Shown here one piece after another: positions 52,306-60,223 of a stretch of DNA of 64,000 nucleotides. Location of the stretch: NCBI GenBank assembly GCA_902790595.1, contig CADASL010000009.1:25229-89228 (forward strand). The letters are read 5' to 3'. The stretch comes from an uncultured Bacteroidales bacterium. Lineage in GTDB: Bacteria > Bacteroidota > Bacteroidia > Bacteroidales > SZUA-534. The position numbers were made by a program, and so were the translations under genes. Each line of letters begins with the position of its first letter. Within the stretch, counting starts at the first letter, position 1. The notes under the pieces were generated by a model. That model did no database searches. It had not been told where the DNA came from and saw nothing but the letters and a program-made list of their open reading frames with translations.

Positions 52306-53001
52306 ATGAAATACAAAGATTTTGAGAAAATACTATCGCAAGAACGAATGAGTCGCTACTTAATTGCCTGTGGTGGCGATACGCGCAAGGCGATGACTCT
52401 TTACCGATACAATTTACAACTCTCGCAAGAGGCGTTCACAATAATAAGTTGCTTTGAAGTGGCATTGCGTAATGCTATCGACAACCATTTGGTATCTATA
52501 TTAGGTGCGGAGTGGCTTAAAAATTCTATTATGAACGGAGGTGTATTTACGAATCCAGTACTTCATAAAACTTATGATATTATAAATTACGCCTATATCA
52601 AATTACGCAGTTCAGGAACTTACTCACATTCAAAATTATTGGCAGAAATGGAATTCGGTATATGGAAATATATGTTTTCACCTATACAATATCGAGTTAC
52701 AGGGCAACAACTTTTGCGTATTTTCCCAAATAAGGCTCGTTCAACGCCCGAAACACAATACAATCGCACATACATTTTCAACGAACTTGACAAAATCAAC
52801 ACCCTGCGCAACCGCATAGCGCACCACGAGCCTGTTTGTTTCTCGTTGCAGCAACCCGTAATCGATACGGCTTATATTTTGAACGAATACCAAAAAATCC
52901 AAACACTCTTTATGTGGATGGGTATCGACAATCGCGCCCTGCTCTATGGTCTCGACCATATCCAGCAGGTTTGCGCAAGGATTAGCGAGTTGAAATCTTA
53001 A
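52306..53001 (+). CDS. Abi_2 (AbiD/AbiF-like abortive-infection) family protein
   Basis: Inner ATG (MKYKDFEKILSQERMSRYL...). 'YRYNLQLSQEAF...FEVALRNAI' and 'LRNRIAHHEP'. It is AT-rich (17/60 G+C in a counted line). Confidence 0.7.
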   Translation: MKYKDFEKILSQERMSRYLIACGGDTRKAMTLYRYNLQLSQEAFTIISCFEVALRNAIDNHLVSILGAEWLKNSIMNGGVFTNPVLHKTYDIINYAYIKLRSSGTYSHSKLLAEMEFGIWKYMFSPIQYRVTGQQLLRIFPNKARSTPETQYNRTYIFNELDKINTLRNRIAHHEPVCFSLQQPVIDTAYILNEYQKIQTLFMWMGIDNRALLYGLDHIQQVCARISELKS

Positions 53002-53050
53002 AAACGATTTTGATTTTTTTAAGTAATTTGCCAACATAATTAACACGAAA

Positions 53051-54847
53051 ATGAACAGCATCATCTTTCTCGGATTGAATGGTTACGCCTGGATAACAAT
53101 CGCCACCATAGCGGGCATCTTTGTCATTATGGCGCGAACACGCATACGGGCGGAGGTTGTCTTTCTGGGCGCGCTCACGGTGCTGCTCGTCACGGGCGTG
53201 GTGACGGAGGAGGAAGGAATGGCAGGCTTCGGGTCGGAGCCTGTGGTGGTACACGCGGCGTTTTTCGTCATTATTGCGGCGCTCATCCATACGGGCGTGC
53301 TCTATTGGCTGTCGAAAAACGTGCTTGGAACGCCCAAAACGCGTGTGGGCGCACTGTTGCGGCTGATGATTCCCGCCAGCGTGCTTTCGGCCCTGATGAA
53401 CTCGGTGAACATTGTTGCACTGCTTATCGATGCAGTCAAACTCTGGGCTCACAAACTTGGTGTTGCACCGTCGAAACTGCTTCTGCCGCTGAGTTACGCT
53501 GCCGCGATGGGCGGAATGTGCACCCTGCTCGGCAACTCGTCGAACTTGGTCATTGCGGGCCTTTATCTGAACCAGACAGGGCAGACGATGAACATTTTCG
53601 AGCCGCTCGTTCCAGGTCTGATACTCACAGCCATTGGCACCGCCGTGGTGATTGCGCTTCAACGGCTCATTCCAGAGCGCGAATCGTCGGAGCATACCTT
53701 TGAGACCACCAGCGACTACACCGTGGAACTGCTTGTGCCCACCGACAACCCCGCCGTAGGCTGCTCGGTCGAAGAAGCGGGGCTCTACAACGTCAAGGGC
53801 GGCTCGCTGGTCGAGATTGTGCGGTTCGACAAGGAAGTGATAATGCCCGTGCCCAAGACCGAATGGATTCTGGGCGGCGACCGACTAATCTATGCAGGCC
53901 AAATCAACGAGATTCTTGAACTCAAACGCACTCACGGCCTTGCTGCCGCCGACCACCACGTGTGGAGCATCAACGATATCGACACCAGCCGCAAGATGCG
54001 CACAGCATACATAACCTTCGGCAGCGACCTTATCGGCCAATCGATGACGCAGAGCGATTTTGAGCAGAAGAACGATGTGGTGCTTGTGGCCGTGGCGCGT
54101 CAGGGACAACGTGTCGATGGGCAGCCGCGCGAGATAACACTTCAGGCAGGCGACACGCTTCTGCTTGAGTGCCCCGCAAAAAGCGACGACCAACTCGAGC
54201 GCAACAACCACCGCAGCCTGACATTCTTCGATTCGCATTTCGTGCCCGAAATTGGCTCAAAAACAATCACTTCAGCCGCCATACTGGTGCTGATGTTCAT
54301 ATTCTCGTCGTTCCACGTGATGCCGCTGATGGCCACCACAATGCTGGCTGCTGGCCTGATGATGATTTTCAAGTGCTGTCGGTTCGACAGTGTGGTGAAA
54401 TACATTGAGTGGGACATTCTGCTCATTCTGGGCGCCACAGTGGTCTTCTCAACGGCCATAACCAAAACAGGTATTTCGGGCGCTCTTGCCCAAAACATTA
54501 TCGATGTTTTCGGCACCAACCCCTACGTGATACTGGCCGTGATGTGCCTGATAGCGTCGGTTGTGACCGAATTTGTAGGCGATGTGGCCGCGGCCGCCAT
54601 TTTCTTCCCCGTGATGTTCGGTCAGGCCGAAATGCTGGGCTGCAGCCCGATGCCGTTTGTCGTATCGCTGATGCTCTGCGTCACCTTCAGTTACTCGTCG
54701 CCCATCGGCAGCATTCAGAATATGCTTGTCTTCGGCCCAGGCTCGTTCCGCTTTTCCGATTTCGCAAGGGTGGGCGTGTGGCTTCACTTTGTTCTGCTTG
54801 TCGCGATGCTGGCCATTGTAAATCTTTTGTATCCAATGTATATTTGA
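53051..54847 (+). CDS. SLC13/DASS-type anion permease with two central TrkA-C (RCK_C) domains
   Basis: 598 aa. Transporter halves ('LLGNSSNLVIAG', 'SYSSPIGSIQNMLVFG') flank two RCK_C-like modules ('VGCSVEEAGL...', 'IGQSMTQSDF...'). Confidence 0.85.
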   Translation: MNSIIFLGLNGYAWITIATIAGIFVIMARTRIRAEVVFLGALTVLLVTGVVTEEEGMAGFGSEPVVVHAAFFVIIAALIHTGVLYWLSKNVLGTPKTRVGALLRLMIPASVLSALMNSVNIVALLIDAVKLWAHKLGVAPSKLLLPLSYAAAMGGMCTLLGNSSNLVIAGLYLNQTGQTMNIFEPLVPGLILTAIGTAVVIALQRLIPERESSEHTFETTSDYTVELLVPTDNPAVGCSVEEAGLYNVKGGSLVEIVRFDKEVIMPVPKTEWILGGDRLIYAGQINEILELKRTHGLAAADHHVWSINDIDTSRKMRTAYITFGSDLIGQSMTQSDFEQKNDVVLVAVARQGQRVDGQPREITLQAGDTLLLECPAKSDDQLERNNHRSLTFFDSHFVPEIGSKTITSAAILVLMFIFSSFHVMPLMATTMLAAGLMMIFKCCRFDSVVKYIEWDILLILGATVVFSTAITKTGISGALAQNIIDVFGTNPYVILAVMCLIASVVTEFVGDVAAAAIFFPVMFGQAEMLGCSPMPFVVSLMLCVTFSYSSPIGSIQNMLVFGPGSFRFSDFARVGVWLHFVLLVAMLAIVNLLYPMYI

Positions 54848-54866
54848 CAAATAAAAAATTACTGAA

Positions 54867-55172
54867 ATGAACACATCAATCCAACAGCAAGACGGCACTG
54901 TCACAGCCATTCTCGAAGGACGGCTCGACACCGCCGCCGCACCCGAAACCGAAAAGAAACTTCAGCCGCTCTACGACCTGAACGGACAGAACATTGTGTT
55001 CGACTGCTCGAAACTCGAATACATCTCGTCGAGTGGTCTGCGCATCTTTCTCGGTGTGCTGAAAAACGCCAAACCCAAAGGCAGCCACGTCAGCATCACA
55101 GGTCTCACCCCCGACCTGAAGAACATCTTTGCAATGACGGGGTTCAATCATCTGTTTGATGAAGTGGAATAA
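54867..55172 (+). CDS. STAS-domain anti-sigma-factor antagonist (RsbV/SpoIIAA-like)
   Basis: 101 aa. 'LEGRLDTAAAPE' and a phospho-Ser context 'LEYISSSGLRIFLG' identical to that of 48503..49699. It starts 20 nt after the SLC13 stop. Confidence 0.85.
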   Translation: MNTSIQQQDGTVTAILEGRLDTAAAPETEKKLQPLYDLNGQNIVFDCSKLEYISSSGLRIFLGVLKNAKPKGSHVSITGLTPDLKNIFAMTGFNHLFDEVE

Positions 55173-55221
55173 TATAGGTTTGAGTTTAGAGTTTATGGGA
55201 TGTGTTTAGGCGTAGATTTAA

Positions 55222-58032
55222 TTACCGCCTATCCCCCATCACCCCATTGAAATTCATCGAAAGCAGCAAACCGAAGTAATTGTCGTTCAGCGTCAAACAG
55301 TGGGCATATCGCATACCAGCCGAGATGGGCACCGCAAAGCGATAGATGTGGAAATCGACCGTCAGGTCGTAGCCTGTTGAGCGCATTAATGTGGTTTTTC
55401 CTTCGTTGACGGCTTCGGCGAAATCACAAAAGAGTTTACCTTTTATTCGCTTGATATACAGCGCACTGCCGATACTCAAATCGGGATAGAAAAGCGGTCC
55501 ACAGTACGATATCATTAATGTTTTGAGCCGAGTGTTCGGCACCGCTTTGTAACCACGCGGATAAAGTACCAACGAATTGAATACAAGATTGTTACGGTTG
55601 CTTTCCTGCCAGCCGCCATAAATCGTAATGCCCTGGTTGCGGTACGGTCCTGGCAGATAGAGCCAAGCCTGCGCGGCCGTCTGATGGTTCTCGGGTTGGT
55701 CGATGTAGTGATGGTAGTCGCCGCGAAGAACGATGCCCCAGCGCGATTGCAAATCACGGTGCGCGAGCCGCCTTAACGACTGAAAATAAAGACAATAGCC
55801 CAGCGTGTGGTCTGTGGTGTCAACGGCTTTGCGGCCATACGACAATTCGGTGTTGATATATTGGTAAGACGCCTGCGCTGTCAGTGATGTGGTGAAAACG
55901 CTAGTTTTCAGCGTCATAGGCACTTGTACAAACGCTACGCCACGTTTGCGACGCACATCAAAAGTATAAGTGCCTTTGTTCGTTTCTTGCTGTGTTTTAA
56001 ACTTATAGATGTCGCCACGAGCACCGATTATCGGGAAAAAGCCCTTATAGCGGTATTCAAGAAAATAATCGTCTTTGCTTTCAGCGGTAAGCCATTGATA
56101 ACCAGCTGTTAGGAACGATGTGGAAAGCGCGTCTTGAGACATTATTGTCAGGCCTGGACCGACTTCCGACTCATCAATTCGCACTGAAATTGGCCCCCAA
56201 CTGTGGATGTTGAGCAGATGTGCCAATCGCCTGTAACGCTGCACTTTATACACGCTGTCGTTGCCGAAAACAACTCTTTGCTCTTGTTCGGCGAGCGCTT
56301 GCGTCTGACTGTTTGCAATGGCCGTCGGCATTTCGGTTTTGGCAAGGTTATCTATCTGTTTTTCAGCAATCTGAAAACCATCGGCGGTGTAGTAGCCGAA
56401 CAGCAGACGGTTGTTGTTCACGCTGCCGCCCCAAACACCGAACGGACTCTCGGCCACCAAGCCGAAAGTGCTGTCGGTCAGGCTGTAAGCATACCAGGCG
56501 GTGTTGTCGTTGTGGGTGCCAGTCATATAGAGTTTGTTGCCGCTGAACAGCAGATTCGAGATGTCATCGTTGATTTGTGGCAGCACAGTGTCGATGGTTT
56601 GGTGTTCCAAATCAATCACCGAAACCGACTTGCAATCCTGCTCTATCGCAATGTAAGCCAGCCGTTTATCGTCGTCGGACCAAGCCACGTGCACTGGCAC
56701 GGAATTGCCAGTTTGAAACCGCGCAGCCCGACTGCCGTCAAGGTTGTGAAGTTCGACAGCCCACTGCGATGAATCGGCGTAACTGATTGACGCTATTTGA
56801 GTTGCCGAGTGCGAAAGCGTTGAGCCATAGTAGCGCCCGCGGCGAATCAGAGTGCGTTTGCGGTGGCGGTCAAGGTCGTAAGTCACAATTTGGCTGTGGT
56901 TGGCGTTTTCCCAGCGAGTGTAACGCAATTGATTCCAAACCAGCAAGTTGCCCGATGCAGAAAAATGTTTGATGCTCATCGGGCCAGGACGGGTGATTTT
57001 TCTAATTCGGCCTTTGTCGGTGTCAATCGCCACAAACGACGGAATGTCAGACAGTTGCTCACGCAAGGCCACCACCGTGCCCTGTGCGTTTTTCTGTGGC
57101 ACAAAGTAACTTGTGTAGTCGCGCGGTGTTGGCTTTGTAAGCAGTCGGGCATTGTCGGGGGCGGCGTTTTTTGCACCTGCGACGAGAGGTTCAAGAGCCG
57201 CACGATAGAACTCAACTTCCTTTAAACCAGTTGTTTCGCGTATTCCGCGGCCAAACGGTCGCAGCGCAATCGGGTGGCGCGCCACTCGTGTCATCGCATT
57301 CGGCCAAAGTTGTGCGCCATAATGCTGCCGACCATAACTTATTAGTTGATAGCCAAGATGATAGCGCGTTGGCACATAATCGGCAAACGAGCCGAACATT
57401 GCTTTCTGATAACTGTAAACGCCTTTTTGCGCCACCTGCGCGGCCAGACGGTTGGTGAAATCGCCCGTGCGTCCGCGCCCCGACAGTGAAGCGCCTGTCT
57501 CATACGCCACCGCGTCACCTTCCAGAAACCAGTAAGGCACGTGCAGACCGAGCAGAAGCCCCGTATATTGCTCGCCGAGCAGGATGCTGAAAAATCGCGA
57601 TGCGCCCTGATTCAGCATATCGGTTTGCACCACGTGGCGGAATTCGTGCAGCACAAGTTGTTGATTCCAAACGTGTTGATAATTGTCGGGCGAAGCCGTT
57701 GTGAGCAGATTCATCCGCCGCGGCGCCCAAGCCACTTCGCCATTGGCGTACGCCGCCGACGTGAACAGCACCGCAGGAACGCGCCTTGGCTGCCAGCCGA
57801 GCGTTTTGCCGCCGCCTAGATACACTCGTTCAAGATTGTTGGCGTAGATTTGCCCCAGCGCCGCATTGCTTTGTGGAAAAATCACATCGAAATGCGCTGT
57901 TTTTATGTGAGATAGCCTGCGGAAACGGTCTTGACCGCTATCGTAGAATTGGCCTTGAGCCGACGTCGCGGCAAGCGCAAAAAACAAGAACAGCAACTGC
58001 CTGATTTTTTGATGGCTCATTGCTGTTCTCAT
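55222..58032 (-). CDS. Large secreted protein: HExxH (peptidase-MA-like) N-domain + beta-propeller-like middle + beta-rich C-terminus
   Basis: About 936 aa from the MRTAMSHQK... start, with signal peptide 'LLFLFFALAATSAQG'. 'LVLHEFRHVVQ' contains HExxH. I do not recognise the family. Confidence 0.55.
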   Translation of the reverse strand: MRTAMSHQKIRQLLFLFFALAATSAQGQFYDSGQDRFRRLSHIKTAHFDVIFPQSNAALGQIYANNLERVYLGGGKTLGWQPRRVPAVLFTSAAYANGEVAWAPRRMNLLTTASPDNYQHVWNQQLVLHEFRHVVQTDMLNQGASRFFSILLGEQYTGLLLGLHVPYWFLEGDAVAYETGASLSGRGRTGDFTNRLAAQVAQKGVYSYQKAMFGSFADYVPTRYHLGYQLISYGRQHYGAQLWPNAMTRVARHPIALRPFGRGIRETTGLKEVEFYRAALEPLVAGAKNAAPDNARLLTKPTPRDYTSYFVPQKNAQGTVVALREQLSDIPSFVAIDTDKGRIRKITRPGPMSIKHFSASGNLLVWNQLRYTRWENANHSQIVTYDLDRHRKRTLIRRGRYYGSTLSHSATQIASISYADSSQWAVELHNLDGSRAARFQTGNSVPVHVAWSDDDKRLAYIAIEQDCKSVSVIDLEHQTIDTVLPQINDDISNLLFSGNKLYMTGTHNDNTAWYAYSLTDSTFGLVAESPFGVWGGSVNNNRLLFGYYTADGFQIAEKQIDNLAKTEMPTAIANSQTQALAEQEQRVVFGNDSVYKVQRYRRLAHLLNIHSWGPISVRIDESEVGPGLTIMSQDALSTSFLTAGYQWLTAESKDDYFLEYRYKGFFPIIGARGDIYKFKTQQETNKGTYTFDVRRKRGVAFVQVPMTLKTSVFTTSLTAQASYQYINTELSYGRKAVDTTDHTLGYCLYFQSLRRLAHRDLQSRWGIVLRGDYHHYIDQPENHQTAAQAWLYLPGPYRNQGITIYGGWQESNRNNLVFNSLVLYPRGYKAVPNTRLKTLMISYCGPLFYPDLSIGSALYIKRIKGKLFCDFAEAVNEGKTTLMRSTGYDLTVDFHIYRFAVPISAGMRYAHCLTLNDNYFGLLLSMNFNGVMGDRR

Positions 58033-58074
58033 TTTATTTCGACTTAAATCGCAGAATATCAACCCTGTATCAGA

Positions 58075-58890
58075 TTACAGTTCGTTTATAAGTTCTGTGA
58101 TTATTGTTGTCATTTGCGGTTCAACGCGGCCTGCCACGTCCTGAACTTCGTCGTGCGTGGTCTCGCCGTCGGGCGTTGCGGGCTTGTCGGTGTTGGTGAT
58201 TATCGACAGGCCAAGAACACGAATTCCCATATGGTGAGCCACAATCACTTCGGGCACGGTTGACATTCCTGTGGCGTCGGCGCCCCAGATGCGGAACATC
58301 TTGTACTCGGCGGGCGTCTCAAGCGTCGGGCCAGGGCTGCCGATGTACACGCCTTCCTGCAGTTTGATTCCGTGACGCTCGGCAATTTTGTGCGCGCGCG
58401 AAATCAACTCGCCGTCGTAGGTCTTGCTCATATCGGGGAAGCGCGGGCCCAGTTCGTGATAGTTGTAGCCGCGCAGCGGATTCTCGGGGAAGTTGTTGAT
58501 GTGGTCGCGGATAATCATAATGTCGCCAACCTTGAATGACGGATTGATTCCGCCCGAAGCGTTCGACACTATAAGTATCTCGATACCAAGGAATTTCATC
58601 ACTCGGATGGGGAACGTGAGTTGGTTCATCTCGTAGTTCTCGTAGTAATGAAACCGCCCCTGCATTGCCACCACCTTCTTACCGCCGAGCTCGCCCAGCA
58701 GCAACTGTCCCTTGTGTCCATCGACAGTCGAAATCGGGAAGCCAGGAATGTCCTTGTAAGCGATTGATTTATCGACTTTTATCTTGTCGCCCAAACCGCC
58801 CAGGCCACTGCCCAGCACAATTCCCACCTGCGGCTTGTAGTTAAGCCCCTGCAAGACGAATTCGGCTGTTTTTTTGAAATCTTCAATCAT
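58075..58890 (-). CDS. Purine nucleoside phosphorylase (PNP/UDP family, trimeric type)
   Basis: 271 aa. 'GIVLGSGLGGL', 'MQGRFHYYE', 'SNASGG' and 'GMSTVPEV'. Confidence 0.9.
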   Translation of the reverse strand: MIEDFKKTAEFVLQGLNYKPQVGIVLGSGLGGLGDKIKVDKSIAYKDIPGFPISTVDGHKGQLLLGELGGKKVVAMQGRFHYYENYEMNQLTFPIRVMKFLGIEILIVSNASGGINPSFKVGDIMIIRDHINNFPENPLRGYNYHELGPRFPDMSKTYDGELISRAHKIAERHGIKLQEGVYIGSPGPTLETPAEYKMFRIWGADATGMSTVPEVIVAHHMGIRVLGLSIITNTDKPATPDGETTHDEVQDVAGRVEPQMTTIITELINEL

Positions 58891-58902
58891 CGTTCAACGC
58901 AT

Positions 58903-59175
58903 TTATTTTGCGCCCACAATGTCGCGCAATTTGTTGTAGATGTCGTCGGCAGCGGCAATCGCTTCGTTTTTGATACTATTGAAATATGTCTTGTCCTTTT
59001 TGTCGCCCTTGTTGATTTTGTCAAGGCTCGAATCGAGAATGTCAAGAGCCTTTTCAATCAGCCCCAACACGTCGTCCTTCTTTTCAGGATGAAGAACAAT
59101 GACATTGCTGCAATCAGAAACTATTTCTGAAACTAAATACTTTACGTCGCTTTTTAAATCTCTAATACTTGCCAT
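58903..59175 (-). CDS. Hypothetical 90-aa helical protein
   Basis: A clean ORF 12 nt upstream of the PNP gene. I recognise no motif. Confidence 0.45.
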   Translation of the reverse strand: MASIRDLKSDVKYLVSEIVSDCSNVIVLHPEKKDDVLGLIEKALDILDSSLDKINKGDKKDKTYFNSIKNEAIAAADDIYNKLRDIVGAK

Positions 59176-59276
59176 AATTGTAATTTTTTAAAAACTCACT
59201 AATATATAGTTTTTCGGAATATCCGCGCAAAAGTTTTTTGCCAAGCGGTAATGCGGAATTTGTATTATTAAACGAA

Positions 59277-59284
59277 TAAATTTG
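59277..59284 (+). promoter_or_regulatory. -7 box TAAATTTG
   Basis: An exact TAnnTTTG match that overlaps the TTG 'start' of the track ORF. This argues for the ATG at 59300. Confidence 0.45.
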
Positions 59285-59299
59285 CATAAAACCATAATT

Positions 59300-60091
59300 A
59301 TGGATTGTGAATTGAAAATCAGTATTTTATCCGATAATCTGGCGTCGGGGAATTGCGAGGCCGAGCACGGATTGTCGTTTTTGGTTGAGGCCGAAGGGCG
59401 CTTGCTGTTCGACACCGGCGCGTCGGATTTGTTCCTCAGGAATGCCGAAAAAATGGGCCTCGACCTGGCGGCGGTTGATACTGTTGTGCTCAGTCACGGC
59501 CACTACGACCACGGTAATGGCCTGCAATGGGTGCGCGGCAAGCGGATTGTGATGCATCCGGGGGTATTCGCACAACGCATTTCGGGGCGCTCAGGGCGCG
59601 ATATTTCGATGGCTGTCAATCGTCAAACGCTTGAGGCACAGAACACTATCGTTGCAACACGCGAGCCTTTCCGTCTGACGGATAAGATGACGTTCCTTGG
59701 CGAGATTGCGCGAGTGGTGCCGTTCGAGGCCGAGTGCAGCACGCCGTTCCATTTTGCCGACGGCACGCCCGACCCTGTGGCCGACGATTCGGCGCTTGCG
59801 GTGGAAACCAGCCGGGGACTGTTTGTGGTGTCGGGGTGCGCACATTCCGGCATCTGCAACATTGTGGAGCAGGCCCGCCGGGCGACGGGTGTCGGTAAGG
59901 TTTTCGGGGTGATTGGCGGTTTTCATCTCACCGCCATCGACAGCCGTCTGGAGCAGACCGTCAGCTATTTGAAAAATGTTGGGGCAGAGATTGTTATGCC
60001 ATCGCATTGCACTGGCGATGAGGCCATTGCCGAGTTCCGGCGCCATTTCAAGGGCGAGCTGATGCGAACAGGCGAGGTGTTCGAGTTTTGA
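59300..60091 (+). CDS. MBL-fold metallo-hydrolase
   Basis: 'VLSHGHYDHGNGL' (HxHxDH), plus later His/Asp ligands 'SGCAHSG' and 'PSHCTG'. Confidence 0.8.
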   Translation: MDCELKISILSDNLASGNCEAEHGLSFLVEAEGRLLFDTGASDLFLRNAEKMGLDLAAVDTVVLSHGHYDHGNGLQWVRGKRIVMHPGVFAQRISGRSGRDISMAVNRQTLEAQNTIVATREPFRLTDKMTFLGEIARVVPFEAECSTPFHFADGTPDPVADDSALAVETSRGLFVVSGCAHSGICNIVEQARRATGVGKVFGVIGGFHLTAIDSRLEQTVSYLKNVGAEIVMPSHCTGDEAIAEFRRHFKGELMRTGEVFEF

Positions 60092-60109
60092 GAAGGATTG
60101 AAGGCACTT

Positions 60110-60137
60110 GTAGAGACGTTGCGCTCAACGTCTCTAC
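60110..60137. repeat. GTAGAGACGTT...AACGTCTCTAC hairpin (twin of 30822-30849)
   Basis: In gtagagacgttgcgctcaacgtctctac there is an 11-bp perfect stem and a 6-nt loop. It lies 19 nt after the MBL stop. Confidence 0.85.
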
Positions 60138-60208
60138 TTCACGTTTGATTTCAACCACTTCAAACCCTTCGTTAGTCGAAAAATCCAACCATTTTGCAAA
60201 GTTTTAAG

Positions 60209-60216
60209 TAGCTTTG
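60209..60216 (+). promoter_or_regulatory. -7 box TAGCTTTG
   Basis: An exact TAnnTTTG match only 8 nt upstream of ATG 60224. That would imply a near-leaderless mRNA, so the call is uncertain. Confidence 0.3.
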
Positions 60217-60223
60217 CAACGTG

